DNA of 62,947 nucleotides, counting the filler, from Sphacelaria rigidula (taxonomy: Eukaryota): the NCBI GenBank assembly GCA_964200075.2. It is 6 parts of 6 records of this genome, joined end to end, with 100 filler letters (N's around TTAATTAATTAA, not from the genome) between each part and the next. Parts side by side here need not be neighbours in the genome. Positions count along the whole stretch, not along the records: positions 21,019 to 31,426 come from CAXNAA020006547.1; positions 31,527 to 41,933 come from CAXNAA020006548.1; 4 more parts are not named here. One strand, given 5' to 3'. Shown piece by piece: positions 23,511 through 35,346 of the stretch. A program made the translations under genes and the position numbers. The notes beneath the pieces were generated by a model. That model was not told the origin of the DNA. It saw only the letters and a list, made by a program, of their open reading frames with translations, and ran no database searches. Each line of letters starts with the position of its first letter. Positions within the stretch are counted from its first letter, which is position 1.

Positions 23511-26500
23511 TTTCAATTGTGTGATTCGATTCCCGATGTCCTCGTTAGCCATACTATTGTCCCGGCCGCGCTCCNNNNNNNNNNTTTGTCCACAAAACTG
23601 GCCCAACCGGTTTCCCTTCGGCCCTGCCGGTTTCTCTCCCCTTTATAAATCCCCCCCCCCCCCCCCCATTACTTGTGTTTCTTCGTTGAATGATTGCGTT
23701 CAATTTCGATCAGGTGCTCATGGGTTTCGTTTGGGCGAGATCAAGCGGCGATGGACCACAGCCCCATATCAATATCAATATCAAGGTACACGGGCGGCTG
23801 TCTGTCGGGTTTTGTCAATGTTAGACGAAGATGAAGGAGGACAGCCGCGAATCTCGAGCGTTGCGGAGTTGGAAGGTGCGCGTTCACTCACATCAGATGT
23901 AAGAATAGCGTCCTTGTGTGACGCCAGTCACGCCCTGCTTCATGATACCTGTGATACTAACGTGAGGAGTTGGCGTATCGGAGCTGCTTTACATTGCAAA
24001 GACTCACCAAAGTTCAAAACACTTGAGTTAACACCAAGGCGCATGAAATCCACGCCCTGGACACCTGGTGTTACCCACCTCAAGTCCGAGTATTTTCAAC
24101 GACACTAACTATCTTCATCTCTCCGCGCATCTCCACGTGCGTTCCCCTCCAGCGCTCACCGTCAAACAGCTCAAGTCTTATCTTAAAGCCTATAAGCTGA
24201 AGCAAACAGGGCGAAAATCGGAGCTGATTAAAGTCTTGGCAGAATCTCTAGGTCTTTCGCCAACCGCAAAAAACGGCGCGGACATGACCAGCAACGAAGT
24301 ATTGGTTGCTGGCAAAAAGCGAAGATCAAGGAATGCCCCGACGGATCTTCTGCCAACAGTGGAGCAAGTCATTGGAGAATCGGCGCAACGAAAGACCCGT
24401 TCTCCGGATGAAAACGATACTCAAACGGCGACAGGCAAACCTATTTTTGATGCAGAGATGGCGACACCGGAAGGATTTTCATCGGAACCAGACCCGTCCT
24501 CAACAGAGTATTCCACAAACTCGCCCTACGCGATACTCCCGCCGCCTGAAGAAGACATGTTGAGAAGAAAAGTCATCCAGGATCTCATGGCGCGACGACA
24601 CTTGAAATATGACTTGGCTGAGGCGTTTTACCCTGAAACGTACATGAAGGACAAGGGTCCTGCACCCGAGGGTGACATGTACGCCGTTTTCACACCAAGA
24701 GCCGTACGACCATGGGACAGTCCGCATGCGGACCGGGCTGAGACGCATCTCGTGGTGCTACTGGCGGACGTGATGGGGTGGGAAGATGCGTACACCCGGA
24801 ACTTCGCGGATCGCGTATCCGAAGTCTGCGACGCTATCGTGTTGGTTCCGGATATATTCAGAGGTAGACCCTGGTCCAAGGACAAGCCACAGGAAGGATA
24901 CGAAGAGTGGAGAGCTTCGCACGATCCGGTAGGTGGTCGTTGCACCGGGAGAATTTAACACCGAATGGCGTTCACGTCGAGCTGACGTTCGGTCTGATGG
25001 TGGCTTCATGGAGGGGCCATTTCGCCAGTCTCTGGTTGGAGATGGTATAGGCCATTAACCTCTGTATCGTTGACTTTTAGGTGTGAAGCATCCACATCCT
25101 AGTGCAGCAAACGGCACTTTCGGCTGCTGATTGTGACCATTGCTTCTAAAACAGATGAATATTGCCGCGCGCAGGACACGGTCTCAAGCGATATCCGAGC
25201 CTGTGTAGCACATGCTAGGATGGAATTCAAACCGACTTCGTTGGCGCTGATGGGATTCTGCTATGGAGGCGGCCGGGCTCTGGAGGAAGCTGCAGCAGGT
25301 GGGCACGTTTGGCGGTTGCGCTTCGATTCGTGTCGCTGCATGCTGCTGTGTGTTGCGATGCCACCATCGGATCGAATTGGTACTTCCCTTATAATGGAGA
25401 GGGTTGCAGCGACCATTTTATTCGTTCGAATGTTGCTTCTATTCGTTCCACATATTGGATATCGAGATGTTGCCCTATCTCGTACAAGCTGAATACCCGA
25501 TGTCTCGACACTGGGTTATCAGGGTGTGGGGTGTGAATATCCAGATCTGAGTGAAACATGTATGTCTCACGTATAAATTCATGTATACTGTGTATGTGAG
25601 TATATGTAGCGTAATCCTGGCCTGGCACATGCAAACAATTCTACGCGTGATACCTCTCGATTCGGGGTACTCTGCTTTGCCGTATTTGCGGATGCTCTCA
25701 TTCACCACATGTCCATGGCTGAGGATGGTCGTATGAACGTCACGTGAATGTGTGTTACGTCTATGGGTGTGCTGTCTGTTGCTGCGTAGCTCTATCCAGG
25801 AACTGGGGAAGAGAGGGTGATATCTACTGTACTGTCTTCCATGAACTGCTGTCAACATGGACGCACGCACATCATGAGAACATTCAAGTGCACATGTCTT
25901 CCACTGTAGCACTATTTTTGTCGTTGTTGTGTCGCGAGGATCGTTTGAATGCAAAGTAGAAGCCGGGGGTGGTGGCGCTGCGTTTGACAAAGTGAGCTGC
26001 ATGCGTACAGCAGCCGTGGAAGCAACCATCAGCCCAGTACTGCAGCGTGTCCCTCGGAGGAAATGCGCTCCTTCTTTTTTCTTGTCACACTAAATCCTCA
26101 CTATATTCTCCAGAGACCTGTATTCTGTAAATCGTTTAGGCATATCGTCTGGTTTACTTGTCTTCGCTCTGTACAATGCCAGCGATCCACTTGAGAATCC
26201 TGACCCCTCCTGACACTCGAAAGGGTTACGGCGCGTCTGTCGACTCAGAATCGTTTCCTCGAGGAACGAATTTGGGACCGTGCTCACCGATGCTGACGGG
26301 TCAAGGGTGATATATACGGAGACCTCAGTGTCGTTATACTCCGCTGCTCGTGGGGAGGTGGAGCGAGAAGCGATTACGAGGGGTAGCCAGGCGAAAGTAC
26401 CATGTATTCGAAGTCATTCTCTGCGCCTTGCCCTACTGTACGCTAGCGATGCTGTGCTGTCTGTGCTCTGCTGCACCGAACTGCGTGCGCGATGCAACTA

Positions 26501-29310
26501 GCTGCAAATTCAACACCAGGCAGACAATCATGTCGTGCGCCGCCTAACGCGTGTTCAGGCGCGACGGCGGCAGCATATAGGTACAGGCTACTACAGGTTG
26601 CACGAGCGGCGATATGATTCAACAGCCTGGATCCGTTTCTGAGGTTCAACATCTGGGTGAGGTTCAACTCGAAAACAGTGCTTTCCCTGATCTAAAGTCA
26701 CGATCAATGGATTTCATATGGACGACCTCATGCCCCCTGACCTCCTTGAAAATCTTTTTGGGGGTTGCTCGTCTTCCGTGCCCCCAAAGCGTATATGCGA
26801 AATAACCTTTTTGCCTCTATATAGGCGCGAAAAGGGGACGTTTTTTGCCCGAAAGAGGTGCTTTCGCATATACGCTTGGGGGGCCCGAAAGACGGGCAAC
26901 CCCCAAAAATAGTTTTAAGGAGGTCGGGGGGCATGAGGTCGTCCATATGAAATTCATTTGTCATGACTTTAGGTCAGGAAAATCGCTGTTTTCAGGTTGA
27001 ACTTCACCCAAATGTTGAACCTCAAAAACGGATCCAGGCTGTTATTTGCAAGTGCTACTCAGTAGTGCAGTGTTCCTCCGGGCAAAAAAAAGGGCTCCTC
27101 CTCCTTGTTTTTTGTCACACTAGCTCGTTCCTCATACCCGCGAGATTTGCATTGGAATGAAGACGTAGAATAACTTAACTTTTGTATAAACCTCACCCGC
27201 TCGCTACACGTTCAATTCCACTCTACACATTCGCTCATGTAGACACTGGGCCCGCAGATGGGTTTTCATCTGCTGGGCTTTTCTAAACAATGCAAGGACC
27301 ATCTATCGGAAGTCGTTCTCGAGAAATGTCTCGTGTCAATGTGCTGCTACTATTGACCCGTTCCAGCAACATGGACTGGGCAGACAATGATTCTCCACCC
27401 CCATATCTGTGAAGCTGCATTCACGATGCGCTACTGTGTGTGATGTTCGTACCCCTCAGACGCTCGTCCGATGTTGCCTGACAATGTTTCGGCAGGTGTC
27501 GTGGAAGCTGATAATGTGGTGGCATTTTATCCTACTAGGTACGACATCGAGTATGTGGCTGCCAACATAGTATGCCCTGTGGCCGCATTTTTCGCCAGGA
27601 ACGATGAGCTCCCTGGAGCTACCGTGGATGATGCGTGCGCCCTTCGCGAAGGGCTTCTGAACAATGATAAGGTATGTCGCCAATTGAATGATATTGTATG
27701 CATTCGTTGCGTTCAAGTGAATCGGTCGGGAAGTAACGATGGCGTGGTGAGCGACTGGCCAGAGGTCGGGGAATATCGAGAGCTAAGTTACTCTTGAGTT
27801 GCCATCAGTAGCAGACCGATGTTCACAGCCAAAGATGCAAACGCCCAAGCTGTATATACTAACTTCGTCGGTTTGAATAGCTAAATCGAATGACCCAAAG
27901 CTGCATGTTGTACACGTAGTATTGCGGCAAAAGGTCGAGACTCTCATATCGTCGCTCGTATGTTACCCCTCGCATTGAACTCCCCGCCTCAAACTGGGGG
28001 CGTTTGACATTGACTGTTCAGCATGAGGGTGATGCGGGGGGGAAAGCCGCGCAAGCCATGCCTTCTTCCGAATTTCTGAAGCATATATTGCACTGAATCG
28101 CGGGCGTGTCGCTGACGACCCCGCTCATAGCGTCTGGTGAAAAGGCCCAATTTTCATTCCTCTAGGCTCCATTACAGCAGAGGCAAAGTGACCTCCATGT
28201 GGCAGAGTCTCATCTGAGTTTATGAAACATTTCTCCTGGCGATGTCCGTGAACGGGGAGGCCGCCCACGACCCCATATAGTAGGGAATAATTTTAACGTC
28301 CGTGGGAGGACAGCGATTGCCGTTGCTCCTCAAAGGTAGCAACAACGGGGTTCTTCTAGAATAAGAGCTTCTCTTCTCGTAAACGGTCACAAATTGCGTG
28401 GTCGGTGTTGAAGCCGCATCCCTCACTTCTCAAAAACATATGCAGCAACCTTTTCTATTTCTATAACTTGTACACTTTTGTTAGAGTCGACACATTTCGG
28501 TTCATGTATGGAAATCGCCCCCAAACTCGCCACACGAACATACTTTCCGTGTGTTGTGGTTTCCCCGTTTCACTCTTTTGTTATGGACCAATAAAAGTAT
28601 CCAGTATCAGGCAGCTTTCGGATCCACCACAGGAGATAATGGGCGGCGTAGCACTCCAGATTATCCTATTCACATGCAGTGGTTATGCGTTCCCCGACTA
28701 GACAGAAGGTTACGTTTGACGCCCGCATGCCTACTCACAGTTTGATGTACATCCCAGCAGTCGTATAAGCATACGTTGTGCGGTGCGTGATGATGTCGTT
28801 AAAGCCGTGACCCCTCTCATCGCCAGATTGTGCGTTTGATCCCCCCTCCTCCGAAGAGACGAAGGGGGTTTAAAACTGCGGAGGCTGACTCTGTTCTCAC
28901 CTCCGGAGGTGCCGATTACTTCACGACTCCTCGACCACATGTTCTCATCACTTTTGTGCAAGCACCGCCTGTTGTGTCCTACCGTGCTATGTTTCGGTAT
29001 CTCCACAAGGCCAGAAGAGTGGAGAGTGGCTGATCATCACATGGGCCCGCGTTTTCTTGTGCCGCAGGTGCGAGATTTCCAGCTCAGGCTCTGTCCAGGG
29101 GCCGACCACGGGTTCGTGCACAGGCCACGACGAGAAGACAAGCAGAATGCTGAAGATGCTCTTTTGTTAGCGACCTCATGGTTAGACATGTACATGGCCA
29201 AATATTACCCCGTGCGAGGCGGGGAAGTAAAGAATCAGTCTAGTTTCGGCTTTTGGGATTTACCACCCAGGGTAGACAAGGAAGTGAAGGTGGTGAAACA
29301 AAAACAGTGA
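23258..29310 (+). CDS. SAP-domain + dienelactone hydrolase (alpha/beta-hydrolase) family protein, ~519 aa, putatively plastid-targeted; exons 23258-23336, 23714-23875, 24153-24928, 25175-25298, 27496-27671, 29068-29310
   Basis: All introns are GT-AG with consistent phases (1560 nt total). SAP motif LTVKQLKSYLKAYKLKQTGRKSELIKVL. DLH motifs LADVMGW, VPDIFRG, nucleophile GFCYGG, FFARND and ADHGF give a Cys-Asp-His triad. Exons 1-2 are less certain than exons 3-6. Confidence 0.88.
26621..27043. mobile_element. Foldback MITE (long imperfect palindrome) in intron 4 of the hydrolase gene
   Basis: AACAGCCTGGATCCGTTT...AAACGGATCCAGGCTGTT. The inverted arms continue for about 190 bp (e.g. ATTTCATATGGACGACCTCATGCCCCC / GGGGGCATGAGGTCGTCCATATGAAAT). 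Confidence 0.9.
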
Positions 29311-29838
29311 TATGTGTCAACTGTCGTAGGCAGGCATGCGGGGTAAAGCAAAATTTGTACGTGATGTATTTGAAGTCGTTACTTGTGGTTTGCCCTCTGT
29401 GACAAAAGGGTAATGCTGAATTTGGTTGGTCAAGAAGTGTTTGTTGTATCTACAGACAGTATTGCAGTTGCACGTTGCCCGCCCTCTTCGGCCGGACGGG
29501 CAGTGCTGGCTTTTGCCGGTCAAGTTTTTTGGCCGGGGTATGTGGAGTAGTTACACGTGGTTCTGCCCTCTGCGACTGGAAGGCCGATGCTGAGTTAGTT
29601 GGGGGTTCTTCTTACTTCCTAGTCATCCCCTTCCCAGGACAAATTCGTGGTCTTTGGAGATCAAGCCATCTCCACTGCGGTACACGCCTCCTTACATTTT
29701 GGTTCAGATATGAACATGCTGCCACGAGGCGAAGAGGGAAAGTACTGCCTCGTGTGGATGACATGCTTGCAGATCACATGGATATCTTCAATAATTCTTC
29801 AGCATCAGACACTAGCTTGCTAAATCACTGGTATTTTG

Positions 29839-30094
29839 GAGCAATGCTACGGTAGGGGTGCACTATTTTCGTGACATGTTGTCTGGTTCAGGGGCTCCTA
29901 ACGATTCTAGAAGCACAAGAATATGGGTCAGGGCATCCCCGTTTGCAGATTAATTCGAGATATTCCCAGCACATGGAATAGTAATCCTGGCGCACTCTCG
30001 CGTATTTTCATAAGTCGCGTTTTGGATGAGATGAAGGGCTCCTAACAATTCTAACCTCAGAAAACATTTGTGTACCCCTACCGTAGCATCACTT
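29839..30094 (+). mobile_element. MITE family C, full length
   Basis: ATGCTACGGTAGGGGTGCAC...GTGTACCCCTACCGTAGCAT TIRs and a duplicated internal AGGGCTCCTAAC.ATTCTA motif. No clear TSD. Confidence 0.88.
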
Positions 30095-31426
30095 TTTACC
30101 GGTGTTGTTTTTTTCACTTCTGCGAAGCCACCAAGCAGCGATGTACGACCACGTCGGCCTATACAAGGTGCATAACAAAATTGATGTTTCCCTCCCCATC
30201 ACAGCCTAATATTGACCATGATTCCCCGCCAAAGAGACCGCTTCTTTTTGTGGCACTGCGACACCGAAAGTATAAACCCGTCAAGAGTGAAGTTAGAGTG
30301 CAGATATTTAGACCTTCGGCAGCCTTTTTCGAGTCACAAACATGCGGGGAGAATTTCACAGCCCAAAATTTAGCCACATTTCTCCGCCGAAAAGACTGCT
30401 TCTTTGTGGCGCCAGCAGCGCAAATCGAGCGAGAGCGAATTTCAAGTGTTCATTCGGACCGTCGGCAGCGCTTTTCGCGTCAAGACGGTCAGGCAGACGA
30501 GGCCATCTTGGACTGATTTGTTCTTATCCTCCGGGAGGATTCCGGTACACTTTGATGATGACTTTTGGTGCGGACAGCTTGACTTTCGAAAGAACTGTGC
30601 ATTATCACACGACGAGCAGTCCCCGTTCACAGAAGCGCATGGATGAGAGGTTTGTACACCTCTCCTGCACGTTTTTGTTTTTCCCACCCAGTGCTCATCA
30701 AAAGAATTCCCCAAGGAAGTTTTGCCGGAATCCTCTCTGGGAAGCAAGCCATTCCAAGAGAAGAGTGTTATCTGCTTGGTCGTCCTTTCACGTTAATGAT
30801 TGCTGGAGGGTCGAGATACGCGGGATTTTTCAAACTGAGGATAAATCTTTCTTGAAATGTACCTAAACCTTGGTAAGCATCGAACTATCCTCGGAAACAA
30901 AATGCAAATGCACTTCCTGGCCGTGATGTGTGGCCTAGCTCACCCACAAAAAGTCCATCTGTAATTTGTAGAACCCCTCTTATTTCACAGGGGGGTCTAG
31001 TAACAAATAAATATACAACAGTTTCTTGTGCAGGAATGACTGTAACAGAGAGAGGTCGAAATTGTTCGGTTTTAAAACGGGATCGTACTAACTGTGCGTG
31101 GATTTTTTTGAGGGTGAGAGAGACCACACATCACGGCCGGAGAGTACGTTTGTTTGTTCATTTAAAAAATGCTCCAATGCTTGTGGTTCCCAAGGTTCAT
31201 CCTAAAACAAAAAAACTTCCTCCTCAGTTCGTATAATCCCGGGCTTTTTTGCCCGACAACTGCAACCCCGCCACTCACAAGGTTTTCGAGAAAATGCTCC
31301 AAACTTTGGATTTCCCAGCCATACATAGCCTTGTCGCCGGTGTGGTACATGTTTTGACAGCACTCCCTCAATCCCGGCGACTGTCTACTTGAATCAAGGG
31401 GAGGGGTTGGGAGGGGTGGGGGGGGG

Positions 31427-31526
31427 NNNNNNNNNNNNNNNNNNNNNNNNNNNNNNNNNNNNNNNNNNNNTTAATTAATTAANNNNNNNNNNNNNNNNNN
31501 NNNNNNNNNNNNNNNNNNNNNNNNNN
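31427..31526. other. Artificial contig linker
   Basis: 100-nt N/TTAATTAATTAA/N. Confidence 0.98.
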
Positions 31527-33399
31527 GGGGGGGGGTGGACATGTCCTTGAACAGCGGTCAGGCCTTTGCTGCTCCCCCCCCCCCCCCCCCCCCCCCCATC
31601 ACAGGATAGGGTTCAGACGAAACGGGGTTTTGTGTCATGTGCTCCTCAGCATTGAGCGTAGGAGCCCTCTTTCTGGGTAGAACACTCGTACAAAATCTCG
31701 GAGCAGAAAGCATGGGTTTTCAAGGAGTTCAAGAAGGGGGGCGGAAGTGTACTTTTCGCTCTATGCGCAGTGTCTGCAACCTGCCTACCCCCTCTCATAC
31801 TGTCAAGATAGCTGCAGAATGTTGTCGTACTGCAAAACACAGAGCAGAGATAGATGCAACGTGGGCGTCTCGTGCGGTGGAGAGCGATGATAAACTGATT
31901 GTCTGTACGGTTGTATTCAGCCGCCCATGAAAAACGTTTGGACGGCAGCACAGTAGTAGTATAGTATTTAGTCAAAACGATGTGGCATGGAGTGCAACAT
32001 CAGAGCATGTTCGAGGTGTGCAAGCGCTGTACCCAATATTAATATCACCAAGGCTGCAAAAGAAGAGGAACGACGTAAGGTAGCGTATATCACAGCAGTG
32101 GTGGTACCTGCTGTGACCACTACTTGCAAGCGAGCACCTCACCAATGTGGCTAACCAGTGTTTGTACGTGGACTGAGTCGGCTCAATGCTGGCCGAAGGT
32201 TCTGCTGGTCCAATGTCCGTACAAACACTCAACATCTACTCGTGTGCCTAGGAGGCTGGATCATCAAAGAAGATGAACTATTCCTGACGCCAATTTGACC
32301 ATGGACGATCTCGGGTTGGGCCACGGTGTCGAAAGTCTCCAAAGATTCTGTCATTGGTGCAATCAATGGCAGTATCGTGAGGCGGTGTGATTTTTGGCGG
32401 TCACTTCACTATGCCGCCTTACCGCGGATCTACTCTAGAATTGACTGTGAACCCTTTGGTCGCCGACCTCGTCTCGTCAGTTGACAGTCCAGCGGAATCC
32501 AGGGGTTTCCAGGGTGATGGTGGTGATGGTGGTGGGTCTTTTGAAGGCCGGGTGGGTGGAGATAAGTTCCCAGATAGTGGGAGGAAGCTTCCTGTATCAA
32601 CCATGCATGTTTCCAACAAATTTTCAGGTCCGGCAACACGCCTGAGGGATAATATGTCCTTTCTGGTACTTGTGTATGGTTGAATCACTCGTCGTGAGGG
32701 ATAATGTGTCCTTTACTGATACTTCTGTACGGTCGAAACACTCGTCGTCTCAGCAAACACATGTACGATATGTACTTGAAAGTATGGATTATGTTCTGGC
32801 GAACAGAATACTGTTGTATCGTACACCCGAACACACATCCAAGATACCTGCGCTCTATTGCATTCATGCGGTTTAGAGTGCGAGGGGAAGAGACGGGCCG
32901 CACACCACATTGTGGCCTCGGTCAATGCTCGTTGCAACGCGCCACGTGAGTATCAACACCATCATATTGACCAGAACCCACCCGACAGGCACCTGAGCAC
33001 TACACATATCTCACAATGCTGAAGCAGGAGTAGTTTCTGTTGCCAACAGTGTCGTGCAGCTGGAGGTATCGTTGGCGATGATAGAAGCTTTGAGCCACAT
33101 TTTATTGTGATCTGGGTAAAAGCAGATTCCCCGTGCTTCCGGATAATTGCGAAGCATATTCGGGAGATAACACGCCGGGATTGAGATCTCCCACGACAAA
33201 ACCCCTGATTCATTCTAAAAGCTCGCATCTACACCCTCTGGGGCTGAAATTCGGCGCGGTTTCAACTTGTTCTCAAGCATATACTGGGCTATCCGTCTAA
33301 CCGTGAAGCAAAATGGGGGTGATTCTTTGTGTGGCAGGTCGGCTGGAGTGCAGGCAGACCCACCAATTTTGGAATCCAATCTTGATCGAATCAAGATTT

Positions 33400-34769
33400 C
33401 AAGGGCAGATCGAGTAGAGTACGTACTTTTGAAAGCTCGGGTAAAATACCCGAGTATTTCCTCTACTCATATTTTGGGTAGATTGGGTACGGCCTCAAAT
33501 ACTCTACTCAAGTTTTGAGTGGATTGAATATGATCTCAAATACTCTGCTCAAAGTTTGGGTAAGTGCTCCCAGTATTTCTTGAGTGTAAAGTATCACTTG
33601 GGTATGACCTCAATACTCTACGTAAATTTAGGGTAGATTGAGTATGACCTCAACTACTCTACTCAAGTTTTCGGTAGATTGAGTACGACCTTAAATACTC
33701 TTCTGAAGTTTTGGGTAGGTACTCTCAGTAATACTTGAGTATAGAATATCACTTGGGTATGACCTCAGTACTCTACTCGAATTTAGGGTGGATTGAGTAC
33801 GACCTCAAATACTCTACTCAAATATGGGGTAAGCAGTCTTAGTAATACTCACGTATAGGGTATCAATTGGGTATGATGAGTAACAATAGGGCGACTTCGT
33901 GACACGCTACTTCACGGACTGTGTTGAATGTATGGGCGAATGATGGCCATCAATGAGGAGATGAAAGACGTTACGTCACGTGCTACAATGAATATAAGGG
34001 AATGGTGGCCATGAAAAAACAAAACCAAAAGCGTGCAGGTGAATGAAACTACCTGCCCCAGCTCACCTGCCCCCACCCATGGCCGTACATACTTCATATC
34101 TCGCAACCTCTTCGACATCAGTTTCAGTACAACGCGCTACTCATCATTGAGTGATCGGGTAGACGGGTAGTCGGGTAGGTATTGTCAAAATGAGCGACTG
34201 TACGGGCCGCATATTTGACTTCTCCATGGGAGACTCAGCGGTGGAAACAGTACAAGGGCAGGTCGAGGAGAGTTTGTACTTTCGATCACTTGGATAAAAT
34301 ACCCGCGTATTTACTCTACTCAAATTTTGGGTAGATTGGGTACGGCCTCGAATTCTCTACTCAAAATTTGAGTAGATTGAGTATGATCTCAAATACTCTT
34401 CTCAAAGTTTAGGTAAGTACTTTCAGTAATACTTGAGTATATAATTTCACTTGGGTATGCCCTCAATACTCCATGTAAATTTTGGGTAGATTGAGTAAGA
34501 CCTCAAATCCTCTCCTAAAATGTTGGGTAGATTGAGTACGACCTCAAATACTCTACTCAAAATTTGGGTAAGTACTCTCAGTAATACTTGAGTATATAAT
34601 ATCACTTGGGCGTGCCCTCAATACTCTATTGAGTATGACCTCAAATACTCTGCTCAATTTTTGGGCAGATTGAGTACGACCTCAAATTCTCTACTCAAAG
34701 TTTGGGTACCAAAAGCATGACTTTTCAAAAATATCGAGTATTGAGTATGCTCTACTCGACCTGCGCTTG
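33400..34769. mobile_element. Composite hAT-like element, family D, with two internal tandem-repeat arrays (~33455-33875 and ~34305-34710)
   Basis: TIR CAAGGGCAGATCGAGTAGAG / CTCTACTCGACCTGCGCTTG and a perfect TSD CAAGATTT. Second left end at 34253. Units of ~38-nt GGGTAGATTGAGTACGACCTCAAATACTCTACTCAAATTTT. Confidence 0.88.
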
Positions 34770-35208
34770 CAAGATTTCCTTATTCTGCGCATACTGCCCA
34801 TGCTTCACGGTATCAATATCTACAACCGATGAGGCCACTCGGTACGCCCCCCGCTGACAACAGGCTTTTTATCAGCATCAACTCTGCACATCAGATCCCG
34901 ACAGTTCCCCGTGCACATCAGCCCACAACACATTAAAGCTAAACAAACAATTATGAGGGTGGCTGGTGAGCTGACGGGTACCATATACGGCCCTTTTAAA
35001 CCCTCCTCGGTATGAACAAACGTCGAAATGCTCGTCTGATCCATGCCATGAAAGTTCTTCTCATCCTTATCTTCCAACAATGCAGCAATGGTGTGGCGGG
35101 TTTTACATTTTACACCAAAATGGGACCGCATGTCTGCATGATACATGCCATCATTCATTGTAGTGCCGTGACCGGTACTCCGATCAGTGTCACGCCGGGC
35201 ATTTGTTT

Positions 35209-35346
35209 CACACCCTGGACAATAGATCACGTTGTCAAAATGTGTACTACGTACAGTGTGGAATATATTGCCTATTGCAATAGGCACGATAATCGATACT
35301 TTACACAGTACACGCTTTGGCAATGTCATCTTTTGTCCGGGGTGTC
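35209..35346. mobile_element. hAT-like MITE, family A (short, diverged)
   Basis: CACACCCTGGACAATAGAT...ATCTTTTGTCCGGGGTGTC with ATTTGTTT/ATTTTTAT flanks (6/8). Confidence 0.7.

Noticed and set aside
23405-23700. Duplicated ~90-bp segment with poly-C on both sides of a 10-N gap
   Set aside because: Most likely redundant low-quality read ends around a homopolymer, i.e. an assembly artefact within intron 1.
33455-34710. CRISPR-like appearance of the ~38-nt repeats
   Set aside because: The units are contiguous and degenerate with no unique spacers, lie inside a TIR/TSD-bounded element, and there are no cas genes in this eukaryotic context.
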